This document shows, piece after piece, positions 19,500 through 35,499 of a stretch of DNA of 64,000 bases. Source of the stretch: the human T2T-CHM13v2.0 reference genome, Homo sapiens. Positions within the stretch are counted from its first letter, which is position 1. Each line of letters begins with the position of its first letter. The translations under genes and the position numbers were made by a program. The notes under the pieces are model-generated. The model saw nothing but the letters and a program-made list of their open reading frames with translations. It searched no databases and was not told the origin of the DNA. The stretch lies in NCBI RefSeq assembly GCF_009914755.1, contig NC_060937.1; one strand, written 5' to 3'.

Positions 19500-20050
19500 T
19501 CTAGCCTAAAAGGCCAAACATGGCCTGATTTAGTCTGTTTCTTCAACCTCCTCTCACACTGATTGCACTCAATATGTCAAGCTTAAGAACTGTTCACCAT
19601 CTGCCGCGTCTACCTACACTGCCCTTCTTCCTCTGTTGAACATATCAATCTCATTTCTGCTCTGGTCCTTTGAGCATTCCATTTTTTTCTCTCTGAAGGC
19701 ATTACCTCTGGATTTACCCTGTCCAGACCTAAATGCTTACACTAATCATTTGGTTCCCAGGTTAAGTTTCACCTAATTGTAAAACCTTTCTTTTACCATT
19801 CTAGCTAATGCAGCCACCAAACATCTTTCACATGGATAGTTCCAGTTTGATCTTATCTCATGTCTCTTTTCAAATTTCTTTCACAGCACAGATCACAATG
19901 TGGAATTATATTATTTACGTACTTGTGATTTAATTTTCATCTCACTGCACAAAATTTAAACACCGTAAAGATGGCAATGATACATTTCTTAGTCACCATT
20001 GTTGTCACAAGAGATTATAATAGTGGCAACATATGACATCTCAATAAACA
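19500..20050 (+). mobile_element. L2 3' remnant
   Basis: Pyrimidine-rich L2-like segments ending at cttagtcaccattgtt...atagtggcaacatatgacatctcaataaa. Confidence 0.45.
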
Positions 20051-23000
20051 GAAAATAAAACATCACAGCGATTTAGATCCTAAGTGTTCCCTTATTATAT
20101 TATCTACATGCGTTAGAGACTCTCTATAAAAAGTCAGATAAATCCTTTACTGCATGTATTGTGAAAATGTTTTCAAGGACTTTTCACTAATTACTCTGAA
20201 GTCTTTATGAAAATGTCTCAGCAATAAGAAAACTTATGTTTATTTTAAATATCTATGATTTTATTTTTATGAATGTTATATTGTGAAAATATTGTTCTCT
20301 TTTATTTACCTACTAAAGGCAGCAAACTTGTGCTGGGATCATAGGGATGAATAGAGTCATGTGGTATACATATCTGTATGCCATTCTTACCTGTCTTAAT
20401 TTTTTCTCAACTGAATTCCATTTATCTAACATCTATAATGATACTATAAATATTATATACTTATTACAAAGGTCTTAAATCTCATATGCAATTAAAGGTG
20501 AATAATATTATTTCCTAACAATGAATGACCATTTCAAAATTTCTAGAATTATAAAACAATACTTTTGAAGCTAACTCAAGAAATAGACATACAGATTACA
20601 TTTTATTACAAGAAGTACTCTTTTAAGCGTTAAGTTTAAGGGTAAGTTTCCACATCCTTTTTTTCTTCAACATCCCCCTTAGACAGACATGTTATTTGTC
20701 TTCTGTTTCACAGATAAGAAAGCCAAGAAAAATATACAGGTTAAGTAAAAGGCCCTAAGACAAATAATTTATGAGTTATACAAATTAATCAAGTCTTTCA
20801 CTTAAATGTCCAAATTCAGTGATATTCAACCATTCCCTAGAGCCATCACTGAGACATCAACTTACGCATTCCACTAAGGACCCATGAAGCTACAGGAGAT
20901 CTATTTACTTTTCAAGGGTGAAGATACTGATATTATCAAGAATCACAAAATCAAGAACTACTTATCTTTGTCTCTGTCTTTAAAAAGCAACCAGTGCTTA
21001 CAGTTGCCTCTAGCATAGATGGATCATAATTCTATTTGAGAATTATTTTCTAAGCTTAAACCCTTAATTGTGGTACTATGCATTCAGTGTAGATTTTTGT
21101 TGTTGTTGTTCAATGCTTATCACCAGACACCTGTCTCAAAGCCTGAGGGAGTAATAGCTCAGGAAGACTCTATGAGCCATCTGCCACTGACATTCTCAGA
21201 TTGTACTGGGTCAACTTCCCTGGGAATTATATAAGGAGTCTTCTTTGACCTACCCTTTCAGGCCAATCAGATCACATTGGTAACCGCACAGGATTTTAGA
21301 GTGGGCCACTTCTTAAAAAGGAAATGTCACATTGAATGTGAAGCTGGTGACTGGCATATAAGTTACTTGAGGAAACAAAAAAAATTTTTAGATTTTAACA
21401 TGAGCAATTTAGCTGTGGAATTTCTGTGTTTTGATGAAAACATAGTTTTCCTTCAGATGATAATCTCATGTTGTCTTGATGCACTCATTGTGTCAAGTTT
21501 AAGAATTGTTCACTATCGCTCTTTAGGAAGAAGTTTTGTCAATTGTCTTTAATTAATTGTGTAATGACAATGACCTCAAAAAAAGAATACTGATATTCAG
21601 GGTAATCTTACAGTAGGCATCCTATTTGCCATTGAAATTCAAGAAGTTTGTGGAATGACTTTTTTAAAAAGGTTGTTTTAATCTTAGAAAACAACCTCTT
21701 TAAAAAAATGTGTTTCCAGTTTAATTTAAAATTCAACTTCTCTAATTATAGATCTGTACTTCTTATTAGCATTAAATGAGTTGGTAGTCTCTACTCTTCC
21801 TGAAAATGAGTCTTCAATGATTTCATTTAAGATAAAAAGGAAATATATATTCAGACTTTTACTATTAAATCTCAATGCCCTCAAGCAAATGGTCTGGCTG
21901 AAAGGTGGTACAAACTAGTAAAGATGCCCTGGAGAAGCTTATTAGAGGATATCAATTAATATGAATTCCCAGATTTTCATTGCTCGATATGTCACTACTT
22001 GCACAGTCAGTACTATTGAATTATTAATAGCACAATGCCCTAGGACTTGCCTCAATTATTTCTATGCAGGCTTAAAGAAAAGTTTAAAGACAAATAAATA
22101 CATATCCTGGGTACTGCATTTCCTGTAGCTAGAAGTTTGATTATATCTATTTCTAGATTCTGTTTTTAGCTAGGAATTATGAGGTGACACTGAGGTGTGT
22201 TCATTATTCGATATTATAAATGATGGGCAACAAGCTGGTGTAATTTATTTGTGACCAACTGCAATGGCATCTCTCACAGAATAGAAAGGTCTGAATCAAA
22301 ATTCCAGAGCAATTCCTTGAAAGTCAACCTAGGGGTACATCCTGAAGGACTTTTTATATTTCCAAAAGAAAAAAAGTATCACTTCATTCCTTGCTATGGG
22401 AAAAGTTGAAGAGATGCAGGCTAGTATTCCAAAATAAATCAATGTACCAGTGTTATTGGATCTACCATGTTTCTCATTAAAATATTTTCTTAGTAAGTAG
22501 AGAAGAGCTTTGTGGTCAGCACATAGTAGATGTGGTTTGTTAACATCAGTTTTATTTTGTGAGAATAAATTGATTTATAGTAGGGTCAGGGCAAGTGAAG
22601 AAAAACTTTTTGAATATCTAATCGCCTCACCTGAATCACTGTCTAAATGGAACTGGGCATATTATCTTTTTGTAATGATTTATTGCTATCTGTTTTATGT
22701 AATTTTAAGAATTTAATGATAAAACAGTACAACACTAATGTCCATTAGAAAATATTCTCAGTAACACATTTTAAATGTATTTTTACAATATTTGGTTGCC
22801 CTATATAAATGTTGGGTCCTTGAAATGTCATTATATTTCTGTATTTGATAGGCAAAGGCATTTTTGAAAGATATTCATGTTAAACACAGCAGTCTATTGG
22901 TTAAAAATTTATAAATAAAAAAATTTTGACCAGGCTTAGAAGCTCATAAACTGTCTAAATGATGGTAGTTTGAAAATAAATGAAGCAATATATTACAGAT

Positions 23001-23112
23001 GCTAAAGGAGAAGCTAATGAAGGAGCTAAAGTTATGCAATTTAAAAGAATTAATGTTTGACCTTCTGTAATAGTGAATGTGTTTAGAATTACTAAAATGT
23101 AAAAACAATTTA

Positions 23113-23461
<349 letters not shown>

Positions 23462-24245
23462 CTATAAAAGAGTGTATTGAATTGTAGGTACCCCAGTGTC
23501 CTAATATGAGAGAGAAAAAATTAGATAGAGAATGAATGTGAGAGTGACAAGAGCAAGACAGAGTGAGAGATTTACATAAAGAAATGCCGTTTGATAGTGG
23601 CGTAGTCTTAACTCGAAATGTCTTAATTATTGTCTTTTCTGAAATGTAATTATATTGACAATTAAGTGATCTTTCAGAGCATAAATAAAACTGTTTGATA
23701 AGAAATAATGTTGATATTAGACAACAATGATACCTATTTTCAATTTAAAAATGTACAAATACATTAAAGGAAGCCTTAATTTAACACTGAACAAATCATA
23801 GATTTATAGAATTTTTAAGTGAATAATTCATCTAAGTTTATTTTTAATATTTAATGGGAAACAGTTACAACTTTGCCACACCGAGAAGTCTTCGAAGTTT
23901 CAGTTCAATTATTTTCCCCACTGATTCAGCCCTTCTCAGTGAGCTACTGAAAATGTGAAGGGAAAGTGTGTCAGGCTGTCTCTGCCACTGCGCTCAGTGC
24001 CCTGCCCTTAGCGGTGTTCAAAACTGATGATGAGCAAGGAAAAGAAAACAGGAGGAATTGAAATTGATTCGACATAGAGGAACTTTCCTTGCTGATCTTA
24101 ACATGTCACAGCTGTATTTTGTTAGTGAAATATTCAAGTGAAAGTTTCAAGGTAACGATCCAAAGGGGTTGTGTGAGAATTGAAAGTTCCCAACCCCATC
24201 ACATTAACTGAGCTGTAGATTCTACTATCATTCTTGTTTGTGTGT

Positions 24246-24341
24246 TTATTTTATTTACACAAAATTTGATTAGGCAAAATTACTGAAGTATGTTATTTTA
24301 TTTACACAAAATTTGATTAGGCAAAATTACTGAAGTATGTT
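24246..24341. repeat. Perfect 47-bp tandem duplication
   Basis: ttattttatttacacaaaatttgattaggcaaaattactgaagtatg occurs at 24246-24292 and 24293-24339. Confidence 0.95.
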
Positions 24342-24894
24342 GATTTAGAAGCTAACTTGAGACTAATGTACAAATTTGGTCCAGAAGGTTTTCTGAGATA
24401 CAATATGCCTGTTGGGTAAAACATGACAGGTAATCTCTCCAGACTGGACTGAAGTGGGATTTGTAGTTTTATAATTCTGCAGGGAAAGTAATGTAACAGC
24501 TGTGAAATAACGTGATTCTTAAATGCCATTTTCTTACAAGTAGTAAGGATTTTTAATTGATGTACTTAGCAGGTATTAAGCAACCCTCTACACTCCTGTC
24601 CAGTGGGAAGAGGTTGTCATGTGCCCCATGCTGTTATCCCATATGGTAGAACTGCCCATGTTCAAAATTCCTTCCGTTTGGATCTGATAAAAATCCCTGA
24701 CTAATTTAGACTTGCAATTGAAAGTGTTGTAAAAAATGTGAACGATATATCATACCTGAGTTAAGCGCCCCCTCTCTTCGTCTCCTACTTTTCTCTAGTT
24801 CACATAAGCATAGCTAGCCACATTCTGTTTCAGGATTAAGGCATTGATTATTTCATTTCATGTGTTAGTTAAGATCAGATGCATTTTTAAATGT

Positions 24895-25025
24895 ATTTTA
24901 TTTTTTATTTTTATTATTTTCAAATGGACAAATTAAATGGTAGCTATTTACAGCATACAACATGGTGTTTTAAAGTATATAACATTTCAGAATGACTAAA
25001 TATAGCTAATTAACATATGCATCCT
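24895..25025 (-). mobile_element. L1MA 3'-end fragment
   Basis: T-rich tail then atttacagcatacaacatggtgttttaaagtat...aatgactaaatatagctaattaacatatgcat. Confidence 0.6.
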
Positions 25026-25229
25026 TTTTTGTTGTTCAAAAGTCCTTTTTCACAGTGAAAACTTTATGAGTGAAATAACATTTCTACCTTACGTTCAGGG
25101 GTTATTCTGATAGGATTAAAGAGAATAATAGAACAGGTTATAAATAGTAAAGTCTAATATAGCAGTATATTTGGTAGCAGTATTGATATATCTATTAGGA
25201 TAAATTGCCTTAAAAAATAACTGAGATAG

Positions 25230-25400
25230 TAGCAGTGAGGTGTGGTAGAAAAAAGTCAGGATTTGAAGACAGGTTATCTGAGTTCAAAGCTGAGATCTAA
25301 AATTTACAAGCTTTGTGTTTCACTTAAACTCTCCAAACTTTAGTATTCCTAAAGGAAAGTGGGGTTAATGTGAATAAAATAATCATTGCTGTTCAGAGAA
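25230..25400 (+). mobile_element. MIR remnant
   Basis: agcagtgaggtgtggtagaaaaaagtcaggatttgaagacag...ctgagttcaaa...cacttaaactctc. Confidence 0.6.
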
Positions 25401-26433
25401 AATTCTGTATAACACTGAATAAACATCATTTAACATCTATCACAGTTCCTAATAAATGTTGATTACTTAATAAGTATTCCATGAATAAAGAGTTTTGAAA
25501 ATTCTACATGAAGGTAGACACATTAGTTGCTCCTATGATTAACTACCTGGAATTAAAATAACTTGAAGATAAAAGGACCACACCAAAAATAAATACATAA
25601 AACCTCCTTTTTGTCCAAAGTTGTAAGAGCAGATAAAAACTCAGGCCTTCTTTCAACTGATGTCTGGCGCATAAGTAGTAAGTTATATTTGAACATTGCC
25701 ATTGCCTTGAACTAAAGAATTAAAATATAGTTTTGTCAGATTGAGAGAGAAGAAGCACTTTTCTTGTTTTAAAAATTTGCCTTTGTGCGTGAAGGGAGCA
25801 GATGGTAGAGCAGAGGGAGGAGATGGTACACATATATTATCAAGTGCTGAGCACATAAATCAATAGTCTTTTAAAATCCAAGTTTAACTTAAGAATGACT
25901 TGATGAGATGCAGTATAAGTTATGTCATCTCAAACATAAAATATGTTGTTAATAGAATAATCATGTTGGTGCTGTTTTGTAAAAAAAAAAAAAAAACCAT
26001 AACAGACAAATTAATGCAATATTTAAATTATAAACATACTACCCAGGTAGTTAATGTTATGTAGAAGTTAATGAGATTGTGATTTAGAGGAATGATTATT
26101 TCTACAAATTAATCTTCATTTTTGAGGACTGAGAAATCTTTACTAAATGCATGAAGGGAAAACTGTCTATCATGGCTGAATTTCACCCATGCTTGACATT
26201 ATTACATCCTGCCACTAGAGCTCATTGTTGCTCTTTCTATAGATTCCAAGTTCAATTTATTTTTCTTTCTTTCTTCTTTTTACTTTCTCTTTTTTTCTTG
26301 CTTGCTCACATCTCTCTGTTAGCTGGCTATAATCCACTCTGAAAAATATCACATTCTAGACGTATATTGATATTTATGAATATGTATAATCCAATATCTA
26401 GAATCATCTTTTAAGACCGTGATAGGATGTCCA

Positions 26434-26672
26434 AACCCAACAGCCCAAGCCAAGTTAAAACTATGATCTAAATTCCCGAACTAGCTACAAGATGAATTTT
26501 CAATGAATTCATTACCTCTTTCATTTTCCCAATAACCCTTTTCAATTAAAAACATAACTCAAAACTGTGCATGCCTGTTTCACACATGCACACACAACTC
26601 AAGTTGTTCCCAGAATGCATTTATGGGAGCACACTTCATTATAGCACAGTCTGGGGCACTCTAACCTGCATC
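26434..26672 (+). repeat. Dispersed direct repeat A, copy 1 (239 bp)
   Basis: Identical to 28020-28258 except A26571 vs G28157. Confidence 0.95.
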
Positions 26673-27119
26673 AGCATAAGCTGATAAAAGAGCAGCTTAT
26701 GGAATAATTTGCACAAACATCAGTCTGGTAAACAGATGTCTCCTAATTAAATATATTATATCATGTTTATCAAACATGTTAAAGTGTTCATTTTCACGTA
26801 TTCTCCAAGCTTGATCAATTTAATGAAAAATACTAAAGGTTCCTATAAGGTATAATTTGGACTATGTAAATAGTTTTTCTATTGTAATTTCCCCCCAAAT
26901 CTATGCCTTTCCATAGTCATTACAAATTATTTGAAGTCTTTTTTTCTTAAGGCCGATACTGAGACCAAATGCCTTTATTTTTAATTCCTCCTTGTAAATA
27001 GGAAACAAATGAAGTACCCCACCACTACCAACATACACACACACAACAAATTAAAACTTTGTTACTTTCAAGTTGTCTTTGGAAACAATATTTAGAACAA
27101 TATGTAAAAAAGGTTTACA

Positions 27120-27435
27120 GGCTGGGCGCAGTGGCTCAAGCCTGTAATCCCAGAACTTTGGGAGGTCGAGGCGGGTGGATCACTTGAGGTCAGGAGTTCG
27201 AGAACAGCCTGGCCAACATAGCGAAACCTCATCTCTGCTAAAAATACAAAAAATTAGCCGGGTGTGGTGGTGCATGCCTGTAATCCCAGCTACTCAGGAG
27301 ACTGAGGTGAGAGCATCACTTGAATCCAGGAGGCTGAGGTTGCAGTGAGCAGAGATCGCTCCAGTGCACTCCAGCCTGGGCAACTGACAGGACTGTCTCA
27401 AAAAACAAACAAACAAAACAAAACGAAACAAAATA
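27120..27435 (+). mobile_element. Full-length Alu (AluSx/Sq-like) with (AAAC)n and CA-rich tail
   Basis: ggctgggcgcagtggctcaagcctgtaatccc...ggagttcgagaacagcctggccaac. Confidence 0.95.
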
Positions 27436-28019
27436 CACACGCGTGCACACAAACACACCACACAATAAAACAGTTTATGTTACGCCTGGAGGGCTTCTCC
27501 CAATGTGTAGAGAAGATGCCAATACCACCTAAGGCAGCAAGAACAAGGTACTTTCTATCTTAAGTAGTAATAGGAGTAGGGAGTGGTTAATAAAAAATAC
27601 AAATAAAAAAATAAAATTAAAAAAAACAGGCCGTTTACCAAGAGACATTTGTGAGTTCCTTCTACTTTCTATTTTATCCTGGCTTCCTCCCTATGTGTCA
27701 AATCACTGCATGCTCCTGTTGCTCTCCTAATCAGTCTCAAACTGTTGGCAACCTAACTCCAACACGCAGTCAAACAAATAGTAATCCAGTCAAACAAACA
27801 AGAATTGCCCAAAATTCATATCGTGTGTTTGTTGTGTGACTTTTATGAATTCTATTAGATAATAGAAGGCCCAAAAAATGTCCAGAATAATTTTGGGTTG
27901 TCTCTATTTTCACTAAATCAGTGGTCATTATGTTTTCATGGTCACACAAACCTCCACATATCTTACTAAACTATAGATGCTTTTTTCCAAGGAAAACTCC
28001 TACTTAAAATTTTCTAACG

Positions 28020-28258
28020 AACCCAACAGCCCAAGCCAAGTTAAAACTATGATCTAAATTCCCGAACTAGCTACAAGATGAATTTTCAATGAATTCATTA
28101 CCTCTTTCATTTTCCCAATAACCCTTTTCAATTAAAAACATAACTCAAAACTGTGCGTGCCTGTTTCACACATGCACACACAACTCAAGTTGTTCCCAGA
28201 ATGCATTTATGGGAGCACACTTCATTATAGCACAGTCTGGGGCACTCTAACCTGCATC
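28020..28258 (+). repeat. Dispersed direct repeat A, copy 2 (239 bp)
   Basis: aacccaacagcccaagccaag...ggcactctaacctgcatc, offset 1586 bp from copy 1. Confidence 0.95.
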
Positions 28259-30814
28259 TTCCTATAGTTTGGTCCCACTTCACTGAAAACACTAGCTTTA
28301 TGCTCCAAGCCCACCCACCCCCATTATTAGCTAATTGAGACTCTGCTTTTCTGATAACCAAAGCAAAATATTTCCTTCTGTTCTACTCTCTGCTTCAGAG
28401 AGTTAAAAATTTGAGCATTCCTACCAAATAAGCATTTCTCTTATAAATTCCAAACTCCCTGGATATACAATAACGGATAGTTAAATTGCTTATGTGCTCT
28501 TATGATGTGTCAGACTACGAAAAAGAATTGGACTGACAATTTATGTTCATATTTCAATAACTGGTATAGGTAACTTTCCTATTTTTTGCCTAGTTAATTT
28601 TATATGCTGAGAGAGTTCCTGGAGATATAGTCAGAGTACAGGCTAAGAGAAAGAAGATGGACAATGTAATTTGAATGAGAAAGATGTGCAGTGATACTTT
28701 TCCTTTCAAATTACCTGACAATTCAAGAGACATGGGTTATATATTAAAGAAAGAATGTAGTCCAAGACAGCATATGCCTGCCTGGGACCATCTTAGATAA
28801 ATGGACAGCTTTCTATACCGTGGAAGTTAGATATTATATTCAAGATAAAGGGTTTGACTGACAGATCAGTATCTGAGAGAATCCTGGCATATCAGTATCT
28901 TCATGCAAATAAGCACAGCCATTCTGAAGTCATTAGCTGAACTTTTGGTTGGGGGTGGGCCTGAACAACTAAAAGCAGGAGTGATGAAGAGTTTAACATT
29001 TCCACAAAAATCGACAGATCACAAAAGTTACATGTTGAAAAAGTATAAAACGTATTTGAAACAACTGTCAATGAAAATTATTGAAATATTTATCTCCTGA
29101 GATTTGTTACATGAAATATAAAATTTTCCAAACTTTTAAAATAAGATAGGCACCCTAACAGTGCATTGTAATGGGAATGGTATTTACACGATATATTTTA
29201 AAAACTAAATGTTTAGCAAATATGAATAATGGTCATCATTAATGGATGATAGTACTAGAATTTCTTTTTCTTTTTTTGCTAATTTATTTCTTGTATATTT
29301 TTGCTTTGCATAGCATATTTCAATAATAATGCACATTATGCAAAATAGTGTTCACTATTCTGAGTAATTAGCAGATTTAAATTAGCCTCTACTATAGAGA
29401 ACACACTAGTCTTTAAGCCTTGCTATTGTTCATTGCAGTATTTTATTTTGATCACCCCACAAAGTTTTAGTTGATGCTTTGCATATTTGAAATTTACAAG
29501 TATTTTAAAATTGTATAAATTTTGTTTCACTTTGAAATTTGTTAAACACATAAACAGTCACCAACATCAATGAAGATAATATGGTATGAACTTTCTTATG
29601 ATACTCTGACCTACTTTTTATCCTAGGACTAGGCTTGAAGCCTGGTAACTAGAAATTACTAGTCTCACCGGAACAATTCTTTATAAAGGTAATTGATGTC
29701 TATATAAATACAATGTGCATACTTACGCAAGCAGCCATTAACCTTTAAACCTTATTCAGCTCCTCCTGAGCACAATCATTTGCCCAGTGTTATCAAGTTA
29801 ACATCAACTGAATCATTAGCATCTTGCAGACTTTGTGGCAGGGTTCACCGTGGAAGGATTCACCTGTGACAGTATTTGTCTTTTGGTGTCTATGATCTTT
29901 TAATCTGTAGCTTATTTTCCTATGGTTCAAGAACCCAAAACTACATGCTCTTATATAGCAAAGTTGTAAAAAAAATTGGGTGGTATTCCACTTTCTTTGT
30001 ATAGAAGACGCTAATTTCCCCAGTTGTTGCATAGAATTGTTTCAAATGTCTAGATACTGTAGCTTCACAGTACTCTTATTTGAAATATGCAGATGAAATT
30101 AGAAAGAAGTACTCTTCATTTTCTATGTCATGTTACATGTAGGAACATGATTTATGTTTTTTGTGTTTGAAGAAGGGTTTTACAATTATGTAGTAATCCA
30201 TGTAATAAACATGAGGAATTAGGTATTGATCGGCAGACTGACTATCAAGCTCTATTCTTTGATTACAAGGGATGAAAGTGTTTATTGTACAATATATTTT
30301 AAAATGTTCCTGTGTGGATTATCTGCTTTTGTCTCTTGTTTTTAGCCATTTATTTTTCCATCTTAAGTCACCTTTTCAGAAAAGCTCAACCAATTCCTAG
30401 GCTATCACACTTTAATGACAAATTGAAATAACCAAATCCAATGAATACATTGAATCACATACTAAAATGATACCTCGATTTCTTGAATAAAATAATGAAG
30501 TGCCCTCACATATCTCTATAGCTATGTCAAACTTCTTTTTAAAATCTCTTGATTATTCTCTTCTTCTTATGCCTTCCCTTATACTTCCTCCTCAACCAAT
30601 TGAATTGGCCACTCAATTTATAATGAGTTGATCAGAAACCTGGCTGTCATACATGAATTTACTCATCTTCACATTCTCACCTCCAAAGAACCAGTATTAA
30701 AATTGAATCTTTGTCCTCCTTACCCTTAGTCTTTTTCTAGTATTGGCTGCCATCCTCTTCCCTTTGGTTTACTGCAATAACATAAATTGTCTGTAGTCCC
30801 CCAAAATTCCAAAC

Positions 30815-32160
<1,346 letters not shown>

Positions 32161-32336
32161 ATTAGGAAATATCCTAAAAGCCCTATAAAAACAATTTTCA
32201 TGCTATATTGTTTTTGGTAGATTGTAAGGTCTTTGAATATTTTCTGTGACAGTGGTCACTGTACGTTTGCACCCTAATGAAATAAAAGTGAATCTTTGGC
32301 ACAACCATCCTGAAAAAATAGATTAAAAGCTATGAA

Positions 32337-32565
32337 GGCTGGGGGCGGTGGCTCACACCTGTAATCCTAGCACTTTGGGAGGCCGAGGCGGGCGGATCAC
32401 GAGGTCAGGAGCTCGAGAATATCCTGGCTAAAACGGTGAAACCCCGTCTCTACTAAAAAATACAAAAAAAAAAAAAATTACCCGGGCGTGGTGGTGGGCG
32501 CCTGTAGTCCCAGCTACACAGGAGGCTGAGGCAGGAGAATGGCGTGAACCTGGGAGGCAGAGTTT
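32337..32565 (+). mobile_element. AluY truncated at the 3' end, no poly-A
   Basis: AluY body stops at gggaggcagagttt and runs into non-Alu sequence. Confidence 0.9.
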
Positions 32566-33377
32566 CATACCCCCCCACATCTGATGTTTCAAAATGATAT
32601 TTGTGCACATATTTAGTTGTTATTTTCCCTGGGTGATAAAATTAACTGTATATGGGTTTTTTTTTTTTTCATATTTAGGACATTTGACATATTTTAAAAG
32701 GAATTAATCATTTTTTTCTCCAAACCTGTTCCTTTTGCATATTATTTATTACAGTTAAGGATATCATCATCCATCTAACTGCTCAAGCCGGTAAATACAA
32801 GGTTATCCTAGAAACCTTCTGCCTTGTTTAGCTCTCACATTTATTTGGTAAACAGGCCTGGATGATTGTGTCATCTAAGTGTTCCACACTTCTCTCTCCT
32901 CTTTTAAATACCTAAAGATAGTACATTAGGTCATCATAACCTGGACTATTAATTTATCTGACTCCACTCAATCCCTTGTCCATACTTCAATCAAATGATT
33001 TTTCTCAAGTAGAATCTAACCATCTCATAATTTCTCGACAAAATATTTCAAAGTATTTCCTTCCATCTCTTCTCTCCATGCCTTTGAAAAATGATAAACT
33101 CTATATTTCTCAGCATGTCATTCAATGGCTTGCATGATTCAGCGTCCATCTCACTCTATGGGTTCATATTTCTGTATTTTTCTTCATGCATATTATGCTC
33201 CAGAAATTAATTGATATTAATTGATGCTGCTATAAGACCTTAAACTTATCCATGCCTTTATATTTTTGCATATGTGTCTTTCTCATTTTTCATTTCTTGT
33301 CCTGGAACATTCTCCCTCACTCCCTGCCTCCCTTCTTCCCTGCCCTTTATCTTTAATATATTAGACTGATACATAGT

Positions 33378-33378
33378 A

Positions 33379-33418
<40 letters not shown>
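33378..33418. repeat. Compound (CT)n(AT)n microsatellite
   Basis: Read directly from the sequence. Confidence 0.95.
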
Positions 33419-35499
33419 AACTATATTAGACTTTAATACATATATAATATATTAGACTTTAATGAATAATCCTCAAAGCAGAAATATACCTTCTATGAGA
33501 AAACTTTCTTTTACTACACCCTACTCTTAAATTGATTTACATATGTCTCTGTATGTGTGTATATCACAAAACTATAAGAAAACAAATGTTGCAAGAAATC
33601 AGACATACTCAGAAAAGCAAGAGGAAATAATGGATACAAAGTTGATGTGGAGGAACAAAATGCAGAGCATCTCCTGGTATTTTAAGAAAATTAGAAATAG
33701 AACTGAAGGAAGTGTTATCCATGCTTCCCTGGCATGCGCAGGATTATTTACAGTAATACTTAAATTAAAAAGTTCAGATGCAGTATATTATAGTCCTTTT
33801 CTTAACAATGTCAATCATTTTAAGTTAGTAATGGAGTAAAAAAAACAGTCAGGTTTCAATAACAGGGCAAAACATTGAAAGGACTTGAATAAAAAATGCT
33901 CATTATAGCATGTGCTGTAAAAATATGTGGTTCAGATTTCATTTTATGTAATTTTTGAAGAAAATAGAACATAGCTTGCATAATGCATTTCATAGCAATA
34001 ATATTATTCATGATAGATGAATAAAACTAGAAAATTTGGTTTATTGCTGTGTGTCGTGTCTGAGTAATGGCTAAATGTACTAGTGCTTTCAATTAGTATC
34101 ATTGCTTTATACAGAGAGTCAAGTGCAGCCAAATTGCATAGAGAGATGAACTGACAATTTGTCAGTTCATTGGCTCAATTACATACCCAAAGAACCACTT
34201 TGAGTTTTAGATTCAGGGTGGATTATTTACACTGAACCAATTAACCAGTTCAATGATAAATGTCTACTCTGTGAACGTAACTTGGAAGTAAATATATATC
34301 TACAAATCATTTAAAACTATTGGCACTATCTCAAACATCTATGTGCCTACCTTCATACCTAACATAATAAAGAGGAAGAAAGTTACCATGTATTTGCTTA
34401 TGGCTACTTGATCTGAATTCTTTACATTTAGAAAAGTGTTACATTCCTCAATGATGCACTTTAGAAATGGAATGAGGAGCCCTTAACAACAAGGAAATAA
34501 AATTGTATCTTTTATTTCCAAAAAATACGTAATTTCTCATACTAGTTTATGGTTTCCTAGAATACAAAGACTCTGTGCATATATTTTTCTAAGTAATCAA
34601 TTATTGTTATTGGAATTGAAGTTGAATTCATCAATAAACAAAAATAAGATATTTTATGACATATTATAGAAAGTTACATTCAGTTACAAGAAGGATGAAA
34701 TATTTCAATAAGAAATCCCCACATCATACAGAGACCACCACATATTAGCAGATATTTACTTGATTTACTTAATTTTTTACTTGATACATTATATTTCCTT
34801 TTACATGCTAATTTCCTCGCTATATTTTTCAATCAGTACTTCTTAAGTATTTCAGGAATGTAAATCAGAATACACACATAAAAATAATCAATATTACGGG
34901 ATTTTTGTTTTTTTAAAAAGACAACTCCAATTTGATCAAAATAAGACTCTTTTAGAAATGTGGTTCTAGAAACTGAGCCAAGGCCAAAAATAGAAACCTG
35001 CAAGGTTTGGGAAGTGCAATATCTAAAAAAGCCTGAGGTTGCTCTAAATGCCTATGTTGGAAAATATATATGCTTCTGTATCTTTATCCTACAAGGTTCA
35101 TTTGTTCATTATTCCCCAGATTCAAGCCTTTGCAAAAAATGTTTCCTCTGCCTCAGTAATGTAGTCATAACAATTTTTGTGATTTCGCTGAGACCTCTGA
35201 CCTTTATGAAGCCATCCTTTAGCATTCTAGCCAGTACTGAGCTTTATTAATTCGGTACCTGTAAAGCACAGGGTGAGATATAAATACAGTGACGTGCTTT
35301 TTCAAACTATTTTCTGATATTCATATTGTTGTATTGTACCATAATTTATAGCATCATTTGTTTTGCCTTATTAATTTGGTTATAATTTCCTGAAAGGATT
35401 GACTGCACTTTTATTTCTTTTATATTTCCATAATGATTAGCAATGCCTGATCTTTGCTATCATATCACTCAGTTATACTTTTTGAATAGGTCTTACCAC

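Noticed and set aside
23980-24780. CTCF-like strings tgcccttagcgg and gcgccccctctc
   Set aside because: Only partial matches, with a missing base or a wrong 3' half.
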